From the human T2T-CHM13v2.0 reference genome, Homo sapiens: a stretch of DNA of 64,000 bases. Made by a program: the position numbers and the translations under genes. Positions 29,625 through 44,767 of the stretch are shown one piece after another. The stretch lies in assembly GCF_009914755.1 (NCBI RefSeq), contig NC_060934.1. One strand, 5' to 3'. A model generated the notes under the pieces. That model was not told where the DNA came from and did not search any database. It was given only the letters and a program-made list of their open reading frames with translations. Within the stretch, counting starts at the first letter, position 1; each line of letters begins with the position of its first letter.

Positions 29625-29765
29625 AATTCCCCATCACACTTTGGCAGGAAGCTGTTGCCAGGGCAGCACCTGTGAAGCCCTGGCCTGGCTTCAGAGTCTG
29701 CTGGTGAGATGACATCAAAACCCTTCGTGTAGGAGGGTGGCAGTCTCCCTCCCTTCTGGAGACAC
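29625..29765 (+). promoter_or_regulatory. DNTT: TATA-less, CpG-poor DNTT core promoter (D'-like Ets/Ikaros region, E-box, Inr region)
   Basis: Ikaros-like TTCCCCA ~29626-29632, Ets CAGGAAG 29645-29651, E-box CACCTG 29667-29672, GGCAGT 29739-29744, and CCCTTCTGGAGAC resembling the mouse TdT Inr CCCTCATTCTGGAGAC. Confidence 0.8.
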
Positions 29766-29805
29766 CACCAGATGGGCCAGCCAGAGGCAGCAGCAGCCTC
29801 TTCCC

Positions 29806-30008
29806 ATGGATCCACCACGAGCGTCCCACTTGAGCCCTCGGAAGAAGAGACCCCGGCAGACGGGTGCCTTGATGGCCTCCTCTCCTCAAGACATCAAATT
29901 TCAAGATTTGGTCGTCTTCATTTTGGAGAAGAAAATGGGAACCACCCGCAGAGCGTTCCTCATGGAGCTGGCCCGCAGGAAAGGGTTCAGGGTTGAAAAT
30001 GAGCTCAG
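29806..30008 (+). CDS. DNTT: TdT exon 1 (aa 1-68; NLS PRKKRPR, start of BRCT)
   Basis: ATG at 29806, MDPPRASH...RVENEL, donor AG|gtagga; 203 nt. Confidence 0.99.
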
Positions 30009-31399
30009 GTAGGACAGCATCGATCTTGCTTTGTAAATAAGCAGAGGCTTTGTGAACAGCTTCTTGGGAACCCAAGGAACCTGTGTTTTCTTCCACATGT
30101 GGAAGAGGTGATCTTCCCACTGGGAGAACAGCAGATTTGAAATCAAAGAACAACTAGTTAAGGAAAACGAGATAAGTGGGGACTGAATACAATTATATTG
30201 AAACTAGTTGACACCAAAAGATGAGATAAATTTTTTGTTTTTTGCTTTTCACTCCTATGAGATGTGTTATTTAGGGATGATAAGCAGAACACTAATTGGA
30301 AAATTTAATGCTGAACCACTCAATTCTATTCTTGACCAATTTGAACAAAGTATCACTGGGTTCAACAAAAAAGTTTTGGCTACTTTGATGCAGAAAGATG
30401 ATTTGGTTGCTTGGTTCTTACCTATACATCTGGGCGTGCTAAGGCAGCTAGCATCTGTGGTGGGCGAGGATGACTAGCCAGCTTACCACAGGCACCCAGA
30501 TGTGGCCTTGACCACATTTTTCCAAAGAGTGGTCCTAGTGGGGTTCTTAGAAAGAGAGATGCTAGGTAAAGATGTATTCACTGTTAAGACAGCTCTGTCC
30601 AGGGATGACAGACATCACACTGAGTGAGATGTAATCAGAGCCCAGGCAAGGAGGCGATAGAAGCATTTGGACCACCTAGATTGGTTCACTCACTAATCCA
30701 CTCACCTTGAACAGCAATTATTCTTGTTGTTTTTCTAACTTCTGTGTAAGCTCTTCACTGATCTCAAATAGATGAAGAGAAAACAAGCAAAATCCAGAAA
30801 CAAATGGTATTAGAACCTTGACATAAGTGATGGTTCTGGATTAAACTGTTAAGGGGCTTGCAATGAAGGAGTAATGATTTATGCAGTTGACCGCTTTGAC
30901 TGTGCAAGAAATAAATTGACCACAAATTTTCAGGCAAAACTATAAAAATTTTATGTGAAAGGACATTTTGATTGTATAAATAGTCTTTGATATTTGAAAA
31001 TAAAACTGACAAGCATGTCATGCAGAAGAAATGTCAGCTTCCAAGTGTTGAGGAGACATATTTCAAAAGTCAATTTTCAGATATGTTAATGTTCGCAACA
31101 CCCTGATTCATATGACATTGACTTTTCATTCATTTTTTGCTAAAATGCCCCATTCAGAAATTCCTGAATTTCCTATGGCCCTTCTTCCACCTGATTTCTC
31201 TTTGCAAGGTCTCCTTTTCTCTCTTGCTGCCTCTTTGTAACCTCCTACAGCCACTCTGAATCTCATTTTCTAACATCCTTTCCAAGAAAATCCTAGATTT
31301 CATCTAACTGTTAAGCCTGCCTGATATTACAGACTTACATAGAAGGCTAGAGTTGGAGAAGACAGGAAGATTATATAGGTAAAGAAGCCAAAAAAATAG

Positions 31400-31699
<300 letters not shown>

Positions 31700-31799
31700 A
31701 AAAATAGATTTTTTGGAAAAGAAATTAAAAGCCTTAGCAAATATGGAACTGCTTTTCATGGTAAAGAAATTTGACAAGGGTTAGGCAGGAAGGAAAGAA

Positions 31800-32165
31800 C
31801 CAGAAGCACCACTTACTGGAAAGCTCTCCATTGAAACGTCCAAGCTTCCAGCAAGGACCCGCTGATTTATTATAGACACAGCAATGAATACATACAAGGC
31901 GGCTGAGGCAGGCACTCAGGGAGATGATGGGAGGTAAGTTTCTTCTGTTGGCAGGACAGCTGAAGAGGCAGCTACATGCCCCAGATGCCTGCTGCCAGGG
32001 ACCAAGCCCAGCTGCTCAGGCGGCGGAGGAAGCTCACTGGTGCATGGTGAGCAAACTGCCGCTGTGCATGTGATGATGGCAAAGTTCCCAGGCTGGTAGC
32101 TCAGAAGACACATTAAATACAAATGTGCTCTATGGCGCAAAAATAAACCACAGGAAGTAGAAGTC
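31800..32165. promoter_or_regulatory. Candidate intron-1 lymphoid enhancer / bidirectional promoter
   Basis: Non-repeat, relatively GC-rich patch with overlapping RUNX+ETS (AACCACAGGAAGT 32146-32158) and E-boxes at 31957, 31982, 32009. Confidence 0.5.
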
Positions 32166-32547
32166 CTAGGTCTCAAACGGAATTTCTGTGCATAGATATA
32201 TAGACTTTAATTGGATAGAGAAATAAAAATTATTGTAGGGGACAAATCTCTAGATACGAAATTTAGAAACCTCAAATCCTGGCTCTGAGCCTCCCCAGCC
32301 ATGGGGTATGGGACAAGGTCCCCTCTCTCCCGACTGATTTTAATATCCTGATAAATGGCCTATCTGATGTGATCACCAAATGAGATAATGCATGTCAATG
32401 TGCTTTGATAAATTAAAACAGTTAGACAAATGTAAAGTGTAATTATTTTCTTGTGAATTGCTGGATCCATTGACCTTTACAGCAAAACCCTAAGGAATGG
32501 GCTCTCCCTCCACAATATGAACAAGGTCAAATGATATCAACAAATAG

Positions 32548-33392
<845 letters not shown>

Positions 33393-33885
33393 TGATAGGC
33401 AACAGTTTTCATTGTTCCTAACACATTCTTTGGCTGTCAGAAGGATTAAATTAGAGAAGAAACCTGATTCCTGCTTTACTTGGGCCTGAACACACAAATT
33501 AGAAATGGTGTACCTCAAAGTGTTGCACTGTCTGGAGCTATTTCATTCTGCAACATGCATGCAACATAATTGGGTGGAGCTTTGCTAACATTTATGCTAT
33601 ATTGCAAAATACGTGCCATTCAATGTGCCATAGGAAGCTGGTCTTAAAACGTAGATAAGGGAAAGTATTAAAACCCTTGAGGCATTTTTGCATATTTATG
33701 AAAAGAATACTGAATTTTATTCCATGGCTAACTTCCTAAATTTTAGAGCAATTTGCCACCCGGGTCAAGCTGGAGAAGGATCAGAACCTACTGCTTGTCA
33801 CTTTCTTATTTCATCCTGAGTTCCAATACGTGGAGCTATTTTAAAATTTCATTCTGTTATCAACCCTCCTCCATAAACACATTAG

Positions 33886-34315
33886 TGTCACTCGAGTCCA
33901 TGTGAAGAGACCACCAAACAGGCATTGTGTGAGCAACAAGGCTGTTTATTTCACCTGGGTGCAAGCGAGCTGAGTCTGAAAAGAGAGTCAGCAAAGGGTG
34001 GTGGGATTATCATTAGTTCTTACAGGTTTTGGGATAGGCGGTGGAGTTAGGAGCAATGTTTTGTGGGCAGGGGGCGGATCTCAACAAAGTACATTCTTAA
34101 AGGTGGGGAGAATTACAAAGAACCTTCTTAAGGGTGGGGGAGATTACAAAATACATTCGTTAGGGTGAGGCAGAAACAAATCACAATGGTGGAATGTCAT
34201 CAGTTAAGGCTATTTTCACTTCTTTTGTGTATCTTCAGTTGCTTCAGGCCATCTGGATGTATACGTGCAGGTCACAGGGGATATGATGGCCTGGCCTGGG
34301 CTCAGAGGCCTGACA
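33886..34315 (-). mobile_element. HERV-H solo LTR (LTR7, probably LTR7B)
   Basis: Reverse complement begins tgtcaggcctctgagccca...ccatcatatcccctgtgacctgcacgtatacatccagatggcc; perfect 5-bp TSD ATTAG. Confidence 0.93.
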
Positions 34316-34987
34316 ATTAGTTAAGCTTACTCTCTGTGTCTTGACCCAAATCATTGATGCTGAGGAAGAAAATGCACGACCAGGAAGGTTGGCTCTCCAC
34401 CTTTGCATCTACCTAGCCGTTTAACACTTGCCAAGTTCCATTGTTCAAGCAGCTTGACACCCACCAGAGGATACTGTCATCCTTCCTAGACTTCCATAGT
34501 TTATCTACAAGGATGCCACTGGAAGGCATTGTCTTCAGTGAAAGCAAGATGCAGCATCATGTCATCACCAATAAAGGGCTTTGTTAGTACCTACTCTGTG
34601 CAGTATTTGTCAGGTTGTGGAGACACAAAATAGTGGAAGACATGAGTCCTGCAAACAAGGAGTTTACAGTCAGACAGGAAAGTCAGGAATTGTACCTTTG
34701 TCATCACCTGGAATTAAAAAAGTAGCATAGCATATATTCCAAGTTTGAACAAGTTTTCTTTAAAAAAAAAAAAAAGTTAGCATTTGCCTGCTCATTTTTT
34801 ACTTTTAGTCTTCTAGTATTATTTTGGTCTAGTTTTATCTAAACTGGCTGCTTGCCCTTTCCATTCAGTCATTATATAATGTTTGACATGTGGATTCTGT
34901 CTCACTCATTATCCCAAAACCATCGCCTCCAAAAGTCCCTGGCAATCTCATGGTAGTAAAATGCATTATTTTTTTCCACCTGAATGT

Positions 34988-35597
34988 TGGTAAAGACTCT
35001 CTCCTTGACTAAACTGTAGCATGGCTTCTAGCAGTTAAGGCCATGTCCCTAGGATGGCCCCCTTTAAAATGCCTGCCTGAGAAAGTTCATCACTGCCAGG
35101 AGAATGTCCTGTTTATTCTAGCCAAAGGCAGGCAACAGGGAGCTGGCCCGTGAACCCTCTCTTAAAGCAGTTACTTTAGAAAGTTGCAATGATAAATCCT
35201 TTCTCTGTCCCTTTGAGATGTAAATCTTCTAACCATCCAGAACTGTCTTCCAAGGATCTGAAAAAAGCAACCCTTCAAAGAGGTAACTCCGACTTTCAGA
35301 TTCTGTGGGAGGGAGGGCCTAACTTCAGAGGACCTTCCTCTAATTTACACCACAAAAGTTTGCTTCTCCTCCAGGAAAGCTCCAATTAACAAACCCAGAT
35401 GGCCTAGTCACAGGGACCAACCCCCCTACTACCCCTCAGGGGCACACCCTTCCCCTAGCAGCACATCCCAGTTTTTTAAAAGTCTCATGCCTTTTGTTCC
35501 CATAAACACTGGGGCCTCTTTCCTATTGCCATCATTATGACTGAATATAACCATCCTTCCCACTTTAACTAGTGTCCAGCTTTGTTAATCTTTGGCA
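34988..35597 (+). mobile_element. ERV1 solo LTR, MER67/MER31-like
   Basis: tggtaaagactctctccttgac...tttaaaatgcctgcctgagaaag...tttggca; TSD ATGT. Confidence 0.75.
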
Positions 35598-36913
35598 ATG
35601 TTCTATTCTACACTTCAAATTTATGGTGTCTGAAATCAAAATATTCAAAGTCATTGTTTGCAAAATAAACAGAACATCAGTCGAAGGAGGTCAGTTTCCT
35701 GCTCTAGAAAATAAAAGTTGAACTGGCCACTCTCCAGGCCAGGCCCAGAATCCAAACACAGATTCCCTGGTTTTCTTTACAGTTTTTCTTGCTCTTTCCC
35801 TACCACCTTGAGTGCCTTCTCCCTTTACCTCTCTGCTTCCCAGACCTTAGACTCCTGAAAGCCCCCAGAGAGAAGCTTTCCTCCCTAGAATGCTGGTGGG
35901 AGTCACTGCCTAGGGTGGGCTCCCAGCTTTTCCTTTTGATGAGCAAAGGCTCTTAATCTCATCCAATTACCCCTCTCTGACTCCACAAGCCACGTGTAGA
36001 CCTCAGCTACAGACTTAGACAATTTTCTTTCACATAGGAGGCCTCAAGAAATATTTGCTCAGAGAATGATTTATCTGGTGAATATAAAACCAGCCCAAGG
36101 AACTTGTGTTTACCAAGAGTAATTTTTGTAATGAATTTTTTTTCTGCAATGCATGAGTATTAATTTTGTAATCAGCAACATAATAAATATTTTATTTTTA
36201 TAAATTCAAGAGCATGAGCATGAGATATAAGCTTTTTTCTTGCTCTGATCCAAATTACTTTGTATTTCAAAATTTGCGGCTTTAAATTAACAAAAAATTT
36301 CTTAATCCCATTTAAGGTGGGCCAAAAAAAATCGAGGCAAGATCGTCTCAGTCATAAGTACAGCAGGGCTGGAGACAGAAACCTGTCCTTAGTGGTGCTA
36401 GGTGCTAGTAAGAGTTTGCAATAAAACCAAACAAAACTGCATGATCTTTCTGTTCCAAGGATACTGAAACAGATCAGTTGCTAAGTGAAATTGGTAGAAG
36501 GGTTTTTAAACTGTAAACAGGTCAGTTTAACTGTAAATGACTATTTAAGTCACTGTTTACAAAATAAGTCCTATATCAGATGGGAAGAATCAGGAATGAC
36601 CTCTCCCTGGGAAGAAGACAGCAGGTGACCATCCATGAGGATCCAGAAAGTCAGACAGAGGGTGGGAAGGAGTCTATACCCAGGCAAATAAAAATAGCTG
36701 CCACTTTCCTCCTGGAGGGTTTTTCTAATTATACTTCATGAGAGGCAGGATCAACTAGGAAAAGAAAGACAGGAAGAACAGGGAAATTATTGCCTGAGGG
36801 AAAAAATGCAGAACTGAAGTCTGTGAGTTAATTCCATAACCCAGGGCTTTTCAGACATCTGAGTGCCACAGTCACGATTCTTGTAATATCTTTTACCACA
36901 TCTTTTATTATAA

Positions 36914-37252
<339 letters not shown>

Positions 37253-39359
37253 TAATTGTCCCTAAACTGACTCATTTAAAATAAAATTAGCCTTGTTCTA
37301 AGGAATAATATCCATAAAACCTATGATCTGAGATGCATAATTTAAAATACAGATATAAATAAACACATAAGCCTTTTAAATGTTCAATTGTGTACCTCCT
37401 AAAATTATGTCACGTACCTGCAGAGAAACGAGTACCATGTTGGAAAACACAGCTGTCATTGAGGCCAAAGGCTCGAGTGGGAGTCAAATCTAGGCTGGGG
37501 CAGTTCAATAGAAAAGATCTTTCTCTACAGTGGTGTTTCTCAAAGTGGAGTTCTTGGGCTGTGGGGTGGTTTTAAAACATAGGTCCTCCTGTGGAGAGGG
37601 AGGGGCAATTTCCCCGTCCTTTGCATCTGAGAGTGCTGGTGACTGATTCAACCAGTAAGGTACAGTGGAAATGAGACTGTGTGACTTTCCCTGGGACACA
37701 ATCTCTGGGACCCCAGAGCCTCATGTAAGACATTGGCGCCTCCTCTTAGACCACATAAAGTTGCTTGGGTCCCCAGTCCCTAGTTGCACTGAGCCCAGCT
37801 TTCCAGCCATCCTCACCAAGGTGGCAGAATGTAGAACCACGGGGAACATCAGCACCTCAGCAGAAGAATACAGGGCAGAGAGATCACCCAGCCAAGCCTG
37901 CCTGAAGTGCTGACCCACGAAATTGTGAGATATAATAAAATAGTTGCCTTTTTAAGTCATTACATTTTGGGATCACTGGTTATGCAACAGTAGATAACGA
38001 AAACAGACTGACTATATCAGAATCACCAATGGAGCTTGTCAAAATGCATATTCCTGGGCCTCAGGTGCAATTCTCCAGGAATTCTGAAGTCTCATAATGG
38101 GACCCAGTAATCTGAATTTTAACCTAGCTTCCTGGATGTCTCTGGTAGACACTAGAGTTTGAGAGACATTCCTTTAGAGCTATTCATTCATTCATTCATC
38201 TATCCAGTCTACCGTCATCTTTTTACCATTACTATAAATCTGGCCATGTGCTGGGCTCCAGGCATAACCCAGAGACCATGCCACTGTCCCTGCTCTCAGG
38301 GACACCAAGGACCAAGCTGGGCACCTGACAGTCAAGCACTAGTTGAAGGAGGAGACCCTGAATCTTCTTCCCTGTAGGAGACTGAGGTACCAATGCCAGT
38401 TCTCTCAGAATTGCTATAATTTGTTCAAGACCTCCCAAACTTAGTCCAAAGCACTAACAATCGGTCATGGCCAAGAAATTAGGAGAAGATTGAATTCACT
38501 GATATTTTGGAAATAGCCATCTCAGCAGAACCTTGGGATCTCTGAGGTTGAGGTTGGCTGCCGGAGGGTTTCTGTCACCTTTTATTATAAGAAGGAAGCC
38601 AAGGTCTCTGTGGGCAAGGCAGAAACAACTTCAGCCTCAATCACAGATTCATTTGCCCTTGAAAATGACATTCATGTATATTTTCCCCCAAGTAGAAAAG
38701 TGACCATAGATAGTTCATTACAGAAAATGAGAAAATAAAGAAAAACATTTCAAACACACAAACAAAGCTCCCCTCAGGCATCTAACCACAGTCTAGCAGA
38801 ACGTTAAGAGGTTGCTTGAGTCAGGCACACCTGGGTTTGAACCTCGGCTTCATGTAAGCTCCCCCAGGCTTGGTTTTCTCCTCTGTGATTACATTGCCTA
38901 CTGTGCTAGGCTGTTGTGAGGATTAAGTAAGAATATGTGCACATGTGTGTATGTCATTATCATTATCTTTGCTAATAGTCACAAGTATTTCTTTCTAGTC
39001 TGATTCCCTTTATATGCCAGTATTTATTGTTGGTTACTTAATAGTGCCTTGAGCCCCATCCCATCTGTACTCCCCAGCATTCTAATGTCCCCATCAGAGG
39101 CAGGGCTGTGTCCAGAGGAATCCTAGGTGGAGAGATGGTGGCGATGGAGCAGCAGGGTAGGAGTGGATGGTGACAGGCCAGAATTTGGACGATGAGTCCA
39201 GGGCTCCCCCTTGACACGTCCATCTCCCTCAGAGGTTTAGGGAAAACCCAGAGCCCAGAGAGCCTGACAGCCTCCCTGTGGCTGCTCCGTCTTGATGTGT
39301 GGCTATGGCAACTGTTCTTTCAAGTTTTCTGGGGCAGTTCTACATGTCCTGTAGTCTAG

Positions 39360-40020
<661 letters not shown>

Positions 40021-42813
40021 TCTCTTCCCATTTTTAGATGGGGATGATCATATCTATCTCATGGCATTATTGATAATTAAATGAAGTGATGTATAAAGTG
40101 TGCCTACCAGAGTGTCTAGCATATAGTAATATTCTAATATTGTTAACATTTCCAGTATTGGAGTGTTCAGAGCAGAGAGAAAACCACTGTACCAGCAAAT
40201 AGACAAACAGCTGCCACAAGATAGTGATAAGAAAGTATCAGCAGAGCACACTAGAGGCCATGGGTCTCCTTAGTAATACTGCTCGGTAAGGGCTCGGAGC
40301 TGAAAGTGAACAACACACAGAGACTGTGAATTGCCTGTGAGGGGCTGATGGCAACCCCGACACGAGGAAGCACATCACAGCCCAGATCTAGCTGGCCACA
40401 TGCAGAGGATCAGCCGAACTCAGGCAACACAAGACGATGGGAAATACAGTCTGGGCCACAACAGAGATTCTCTCAACAAAATTTCTTAAATTATTTGTGG
40501 CAAAGGACCAGTTTTCAAAAAATGTGTTGAAGACCAATGCTTCTTTTTTTTTTTTTTAAGCCACAATAAAACTATTTTGGTGATGTCAAATTACAATTAA
40601 AGTTTCTAAATGCTGACTTACAATTTCTGAACTTACCTTGTTGGGAACTAGTGGCAACCAATACTGAGCTCTGAGTAGCATTGGCTTAAGAGGTTTTGTT
40701 TGACTTTTTGGTTTTTGTGTGTGCTTAAGATTATTATTGCTCTTTTGTTTTGTTTGCTAGTTGCTTATTGAACAGGAAGTGGGAGTTTAAATCAGAGCCT
40801 TCCTTCATATGACGTACAGCCTGTCATCCACAAATTTGTTTGTATTAATTAAGAAATGCATATGGTTCTCACCCAACAATGTGAGCGCAGACATTCTCAC
40901 ACTGTCTCAGAGAATCCCAGGAGAAGAGGCAGTAGGGGGAGTGGTAAGAGTGTAGGTGGTTAGGGGTCCCAGGGTTCCTCTTTAACATACCCTTCTCCCT
41001 CTCAGGGTTAGGTAAAACTCTATTTATTGTAATAATATTATAATTAATAATAATGTATCATAAGTATAATAATATAATAATAATTTTTCCCTCCAAAAGG
41101 CAGAAATATAGATGGAAAATATAGATGGAATAACACTTCCTATTAATCCTTGATCCAAAGAATCCTTCAGGAATTTTATTATAAATAAATTTTGAAATAA
41201 TATGGATCTACAATAGGGAAGTGGTTATCCATCTTCCTTTAATTCTTGTAGAATGTTGCTTTGCCATGACTTATTTCTGTTTAGGCACATCCTGCCATCC
41301 AGATGGTCTCAGCTCTGACCCCAGCCCACACCTCTCTCTGAGCACCAACCTCAGATCCCAACTGTCAACCAGATATTTTAATTTGGATCTCCTGCTGTCC
41401 TTCAAATGCGGCATGCCTGAAATAAACTTCAGTTCCACCGCTCCACCCCTTCCCCCAAAGAGACGCAACTTCCTAAATCTGATTTCTACCAAAAGTGCCA
41501 TTACTTTACTGTGATTAATATGCTGGAGTAATATTTGACTCCCTCCCTGAATTCATCTTTCATAGGTGAGCTGATGCAGATGTCTACCATATTTCTCCTC
41601 TGCTTTTCTGTGCCAGACTGGGTTAAAATCATCTCACACTTACACAATCATTTCATCTTCCTAAGTAGTTCCGCAACCCTCCCTACCCCATTACGCTCCC
41701 CTCCAAATCACTGTATGTACCAGACTCGTCTTTTAAAATAACACTGTAGTGCTATCAATGTTCTGCTCACAAAAGCCTTCACTGGCTCCACAACCCCAGA
41801 AAATAAGATCAAACCTCCTCAACAGGCTTCTAAGACCTTCTAGAATGTAGTTGTCCCTACGAATTCAGCCACATCTACAATTACTTCCCAATATAAACTC
41901 TCCACTCCAACCCAGGCCATTCTCCTCCCTGTCCTTCTGGCCCCTGACCCTTTTCTTCCAGGAGAACCCTAAGTTCTGCCTTTTAGGTGTGTCATTCAGG
42001 ACTAGACACAGTCCCAGCTCTGCCACCAACCAGCTGCCTCTCCCAGCTTACACCATGTTTTTTTCCTTCTCTGAACATGGCAGATCTTCATGCCTCATGT
42101 CTTGTCATAATTCACATCATAAGCCATCTGTTTCGTGTAACATACTAGTGTCTAGTAACTTCCTTTTTCTTCTTTGGTACCCAACCTCCTCCTACTACCA
42201 TCACCGCCACCACTATCACAAGGAATCTAGGGTTGTGCATATAATAGCAAATTTAAAAATACCTCATGAATCAGATTCTATCAAAAAAAGAAGATGGAGA
42301 AAGAGGAAATCAAGGAAACAAAATAGGAGGAGAAAGAGAAAATATTGCTATGTTTTCTCTTCGATGCTTGGGTATGCTGTGTGCTCATGCTATTGCTCAG
42401 ATTTATAGACTATTTGAACTGAAAGGATCTTAAAAATCACTGGGTCCAATAATATAATGCTGAATGTGAAGACTTATTAAAAACTAGAAATAACATATCT
42501 GGCCCAGAAAAAACAATAAAAGAAAGATGAGTATCATTTACCAGCTGTGTGACTTTTAGAATGTCACTTGACCTCTCTGTTCCTCAGTTTCCTCATTTTT
42601 GAAGTGTGAATGATGTAACACTTATTGAGGAGCTAAATGAGATGATGTAGGTAAAGCACATGGCTAATGCCTTAAACATGGTAAGTGCTTAGTACCTGTT
42701 AAGAAAAAGATCTCTGTCCATGCTTCGAAAACATGTAAATCAAAATTTCTTGAAGGCTGGTTATAAATAATTAATTTATTATTAATAATAAACTGTGAGA
42801 TCATTTAATGGGG

Positions 42814-43173
42814 TGTTTCTATGGTCTGAATATTTGTGTCACCCCAAAATTCATAAATTGAAACCTAATCCCCAAAGCGATGATATTAGAAGGTGGGGCC
42901 TTTGGGAGGTGAGTAGGTTATGAGGGCTCCACCTAGTGAATGAGAAATTAATGTCCTTAAAAAAGAGGCCCGAGAGAGCTGCCTTCCCCTTCTGCTATGT
43001 GAGGACACACAGTGGGTGCCATCTATGAAGAATGGGCCTTCACTGGACACCATATCTGCCGACCCCTTGATCATGGGCTTTCCAGCCTCCAGAACTGTGA
43101 GCAATAAGTTTCTGTTGTTTATAAATTACTCAGTCTAAGGTATTTTGTTATAGCAGCCTAAATGGATTAAGAC
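42814..43173 (+). mobile_element. MLT1A-like MaLR solo LTR
   Basis: ctatggtctgaatatttgtgtcaccccaaaattcat...ccagcctccagaactgtgagcaataa...taagaca. Confidence 0.85.
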
Positions 43174-43659
43174 AGTTGCTTAATCCATGTAAGCATAGCT
43201 ACATCTGTACCTATTTCTATGTCTACTTTGGATCATAATATAAAACGTATTTCTAACTGTGGGTCACTGTCAAACAAGTTTGAAGGCCATTGGATTATTA
43301 AAGTCCTCCACTAGTAAAAATGGAGCAGCATGCCAAAACCTCATGTGGAATGCTAGGTGCTACTTTAAGAGCAGTTTTACCTTCCATCTTTTCTGGACCT
43401 TGGTTTTCCATCAACGCCTCAGTCCTGCTAATGTTGTCTTTATTGTTCGTGCATCTGACATGTAACCCGGACCACTGTTGCCATACTAATTAATGTAGAG
43501 AGAATTCCCTTGCATGGAGGCCTAAATTCTCCACACCTATGGTTAGGTCTAACATGTGTCTTTCTCCATCAGATGGAATGCTCAGAAACCTTGAGGAAAG
43601 AGGAGAGCTTCTGATTTTGAAAGATGTTTCAGCTGGTAACTCTGTCTTGCATTTTGCAG

Positions 43660-43834
43660 TGATTCTGTCACCCACATTGTAGCAGAGAACAACTCGGGTT
43701 CGGATGTTCTGGAGTGGCTTCAAGCACAGAAAGTACAAGTCAGCTCACAACCAGAGCTCCTCGATGTCTCCTGGCTGATCGAATGCATAGGAGCAGGGAA
43801 ACCGGTGGAAATGACAGGAAAACACCAGCTTGTT
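43660..43834 (+). CDS. DNTT: TdT exon 2 (BRCT, aa 68-126)
   Basis: ttttgcag|T GAT TCT GTC ACC CAC (SDSVTHIVAENNSG...SWLIECIGAGKPVEMTGKHQLV), donor gtaagt; 175 nt. Confidence 0.99.
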
Positions 43835-44569
43835 GTAAGTGTCATGGGTGTGATTTTCACTGTTCTTTGCTTGATGGTTAAGAACATAGGCTTAGGATCA
43901 ACGGAGCTGGGGTAAACCCTAAATTCTCTGCTTACTACCTGTGTGACCTTGGGCAAGTCACTTAGCTTTACTGAGCTTCAGTCTCTTCCTTTATAATATG
44001 ACATAACGATAATGCCAGCCTCACAAAATGGTCATGAAGATTAGAACAACATACATGTAAAGCGCTGAACACAATGTGTTGACTATAGCAGGCATCTAAC
44101 GAGTGGTCGCTATTTTCCCGAACACATTTATACACAAATCTTTCAAAATATTTAAGCCTTGATATTCTAGCAGCCAGAAAAGCAGGAGATTCCTTTTTTT
44201 CTCTCACTGTGATCATTCAGAAAACAAAACAAAACAAAACAAACAAAACAAAAAGTTAAGCTCTCAATTCCAAATATTTGAGCAATTGTGCTAAAATCTT
44301 TGGGAAGAGGGCTTGGACCATAACTACAGAAGTTCATAGAAAACGAAGATGATATTTAATTGATAGGTCTTTTCATTTTTTTTTCTGATTTCAAAAATAA
44401 TACGTGTTGATAATAGCAAGTTCAAATATTAGAGATGTATATAACATAAATTTTGAGTCTCCTATAATTTTATCCTCCAACTACAGACAACTACTTCCAA
44501 ATTTTTTCCGTACATATCTGTTATTACTATTAATTTTTATTGAAAATGGATGCTTATGCATTTGTTTAG

Positions 44570-44767
<198 letters not shown>

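Noticed and set aside
29566-30153. 195-aa minus-strand ORF across DNTT exon 1
   Set aside because: Non-ATG start, antisense shadow of coding and promoter DNA, no recognisable domain
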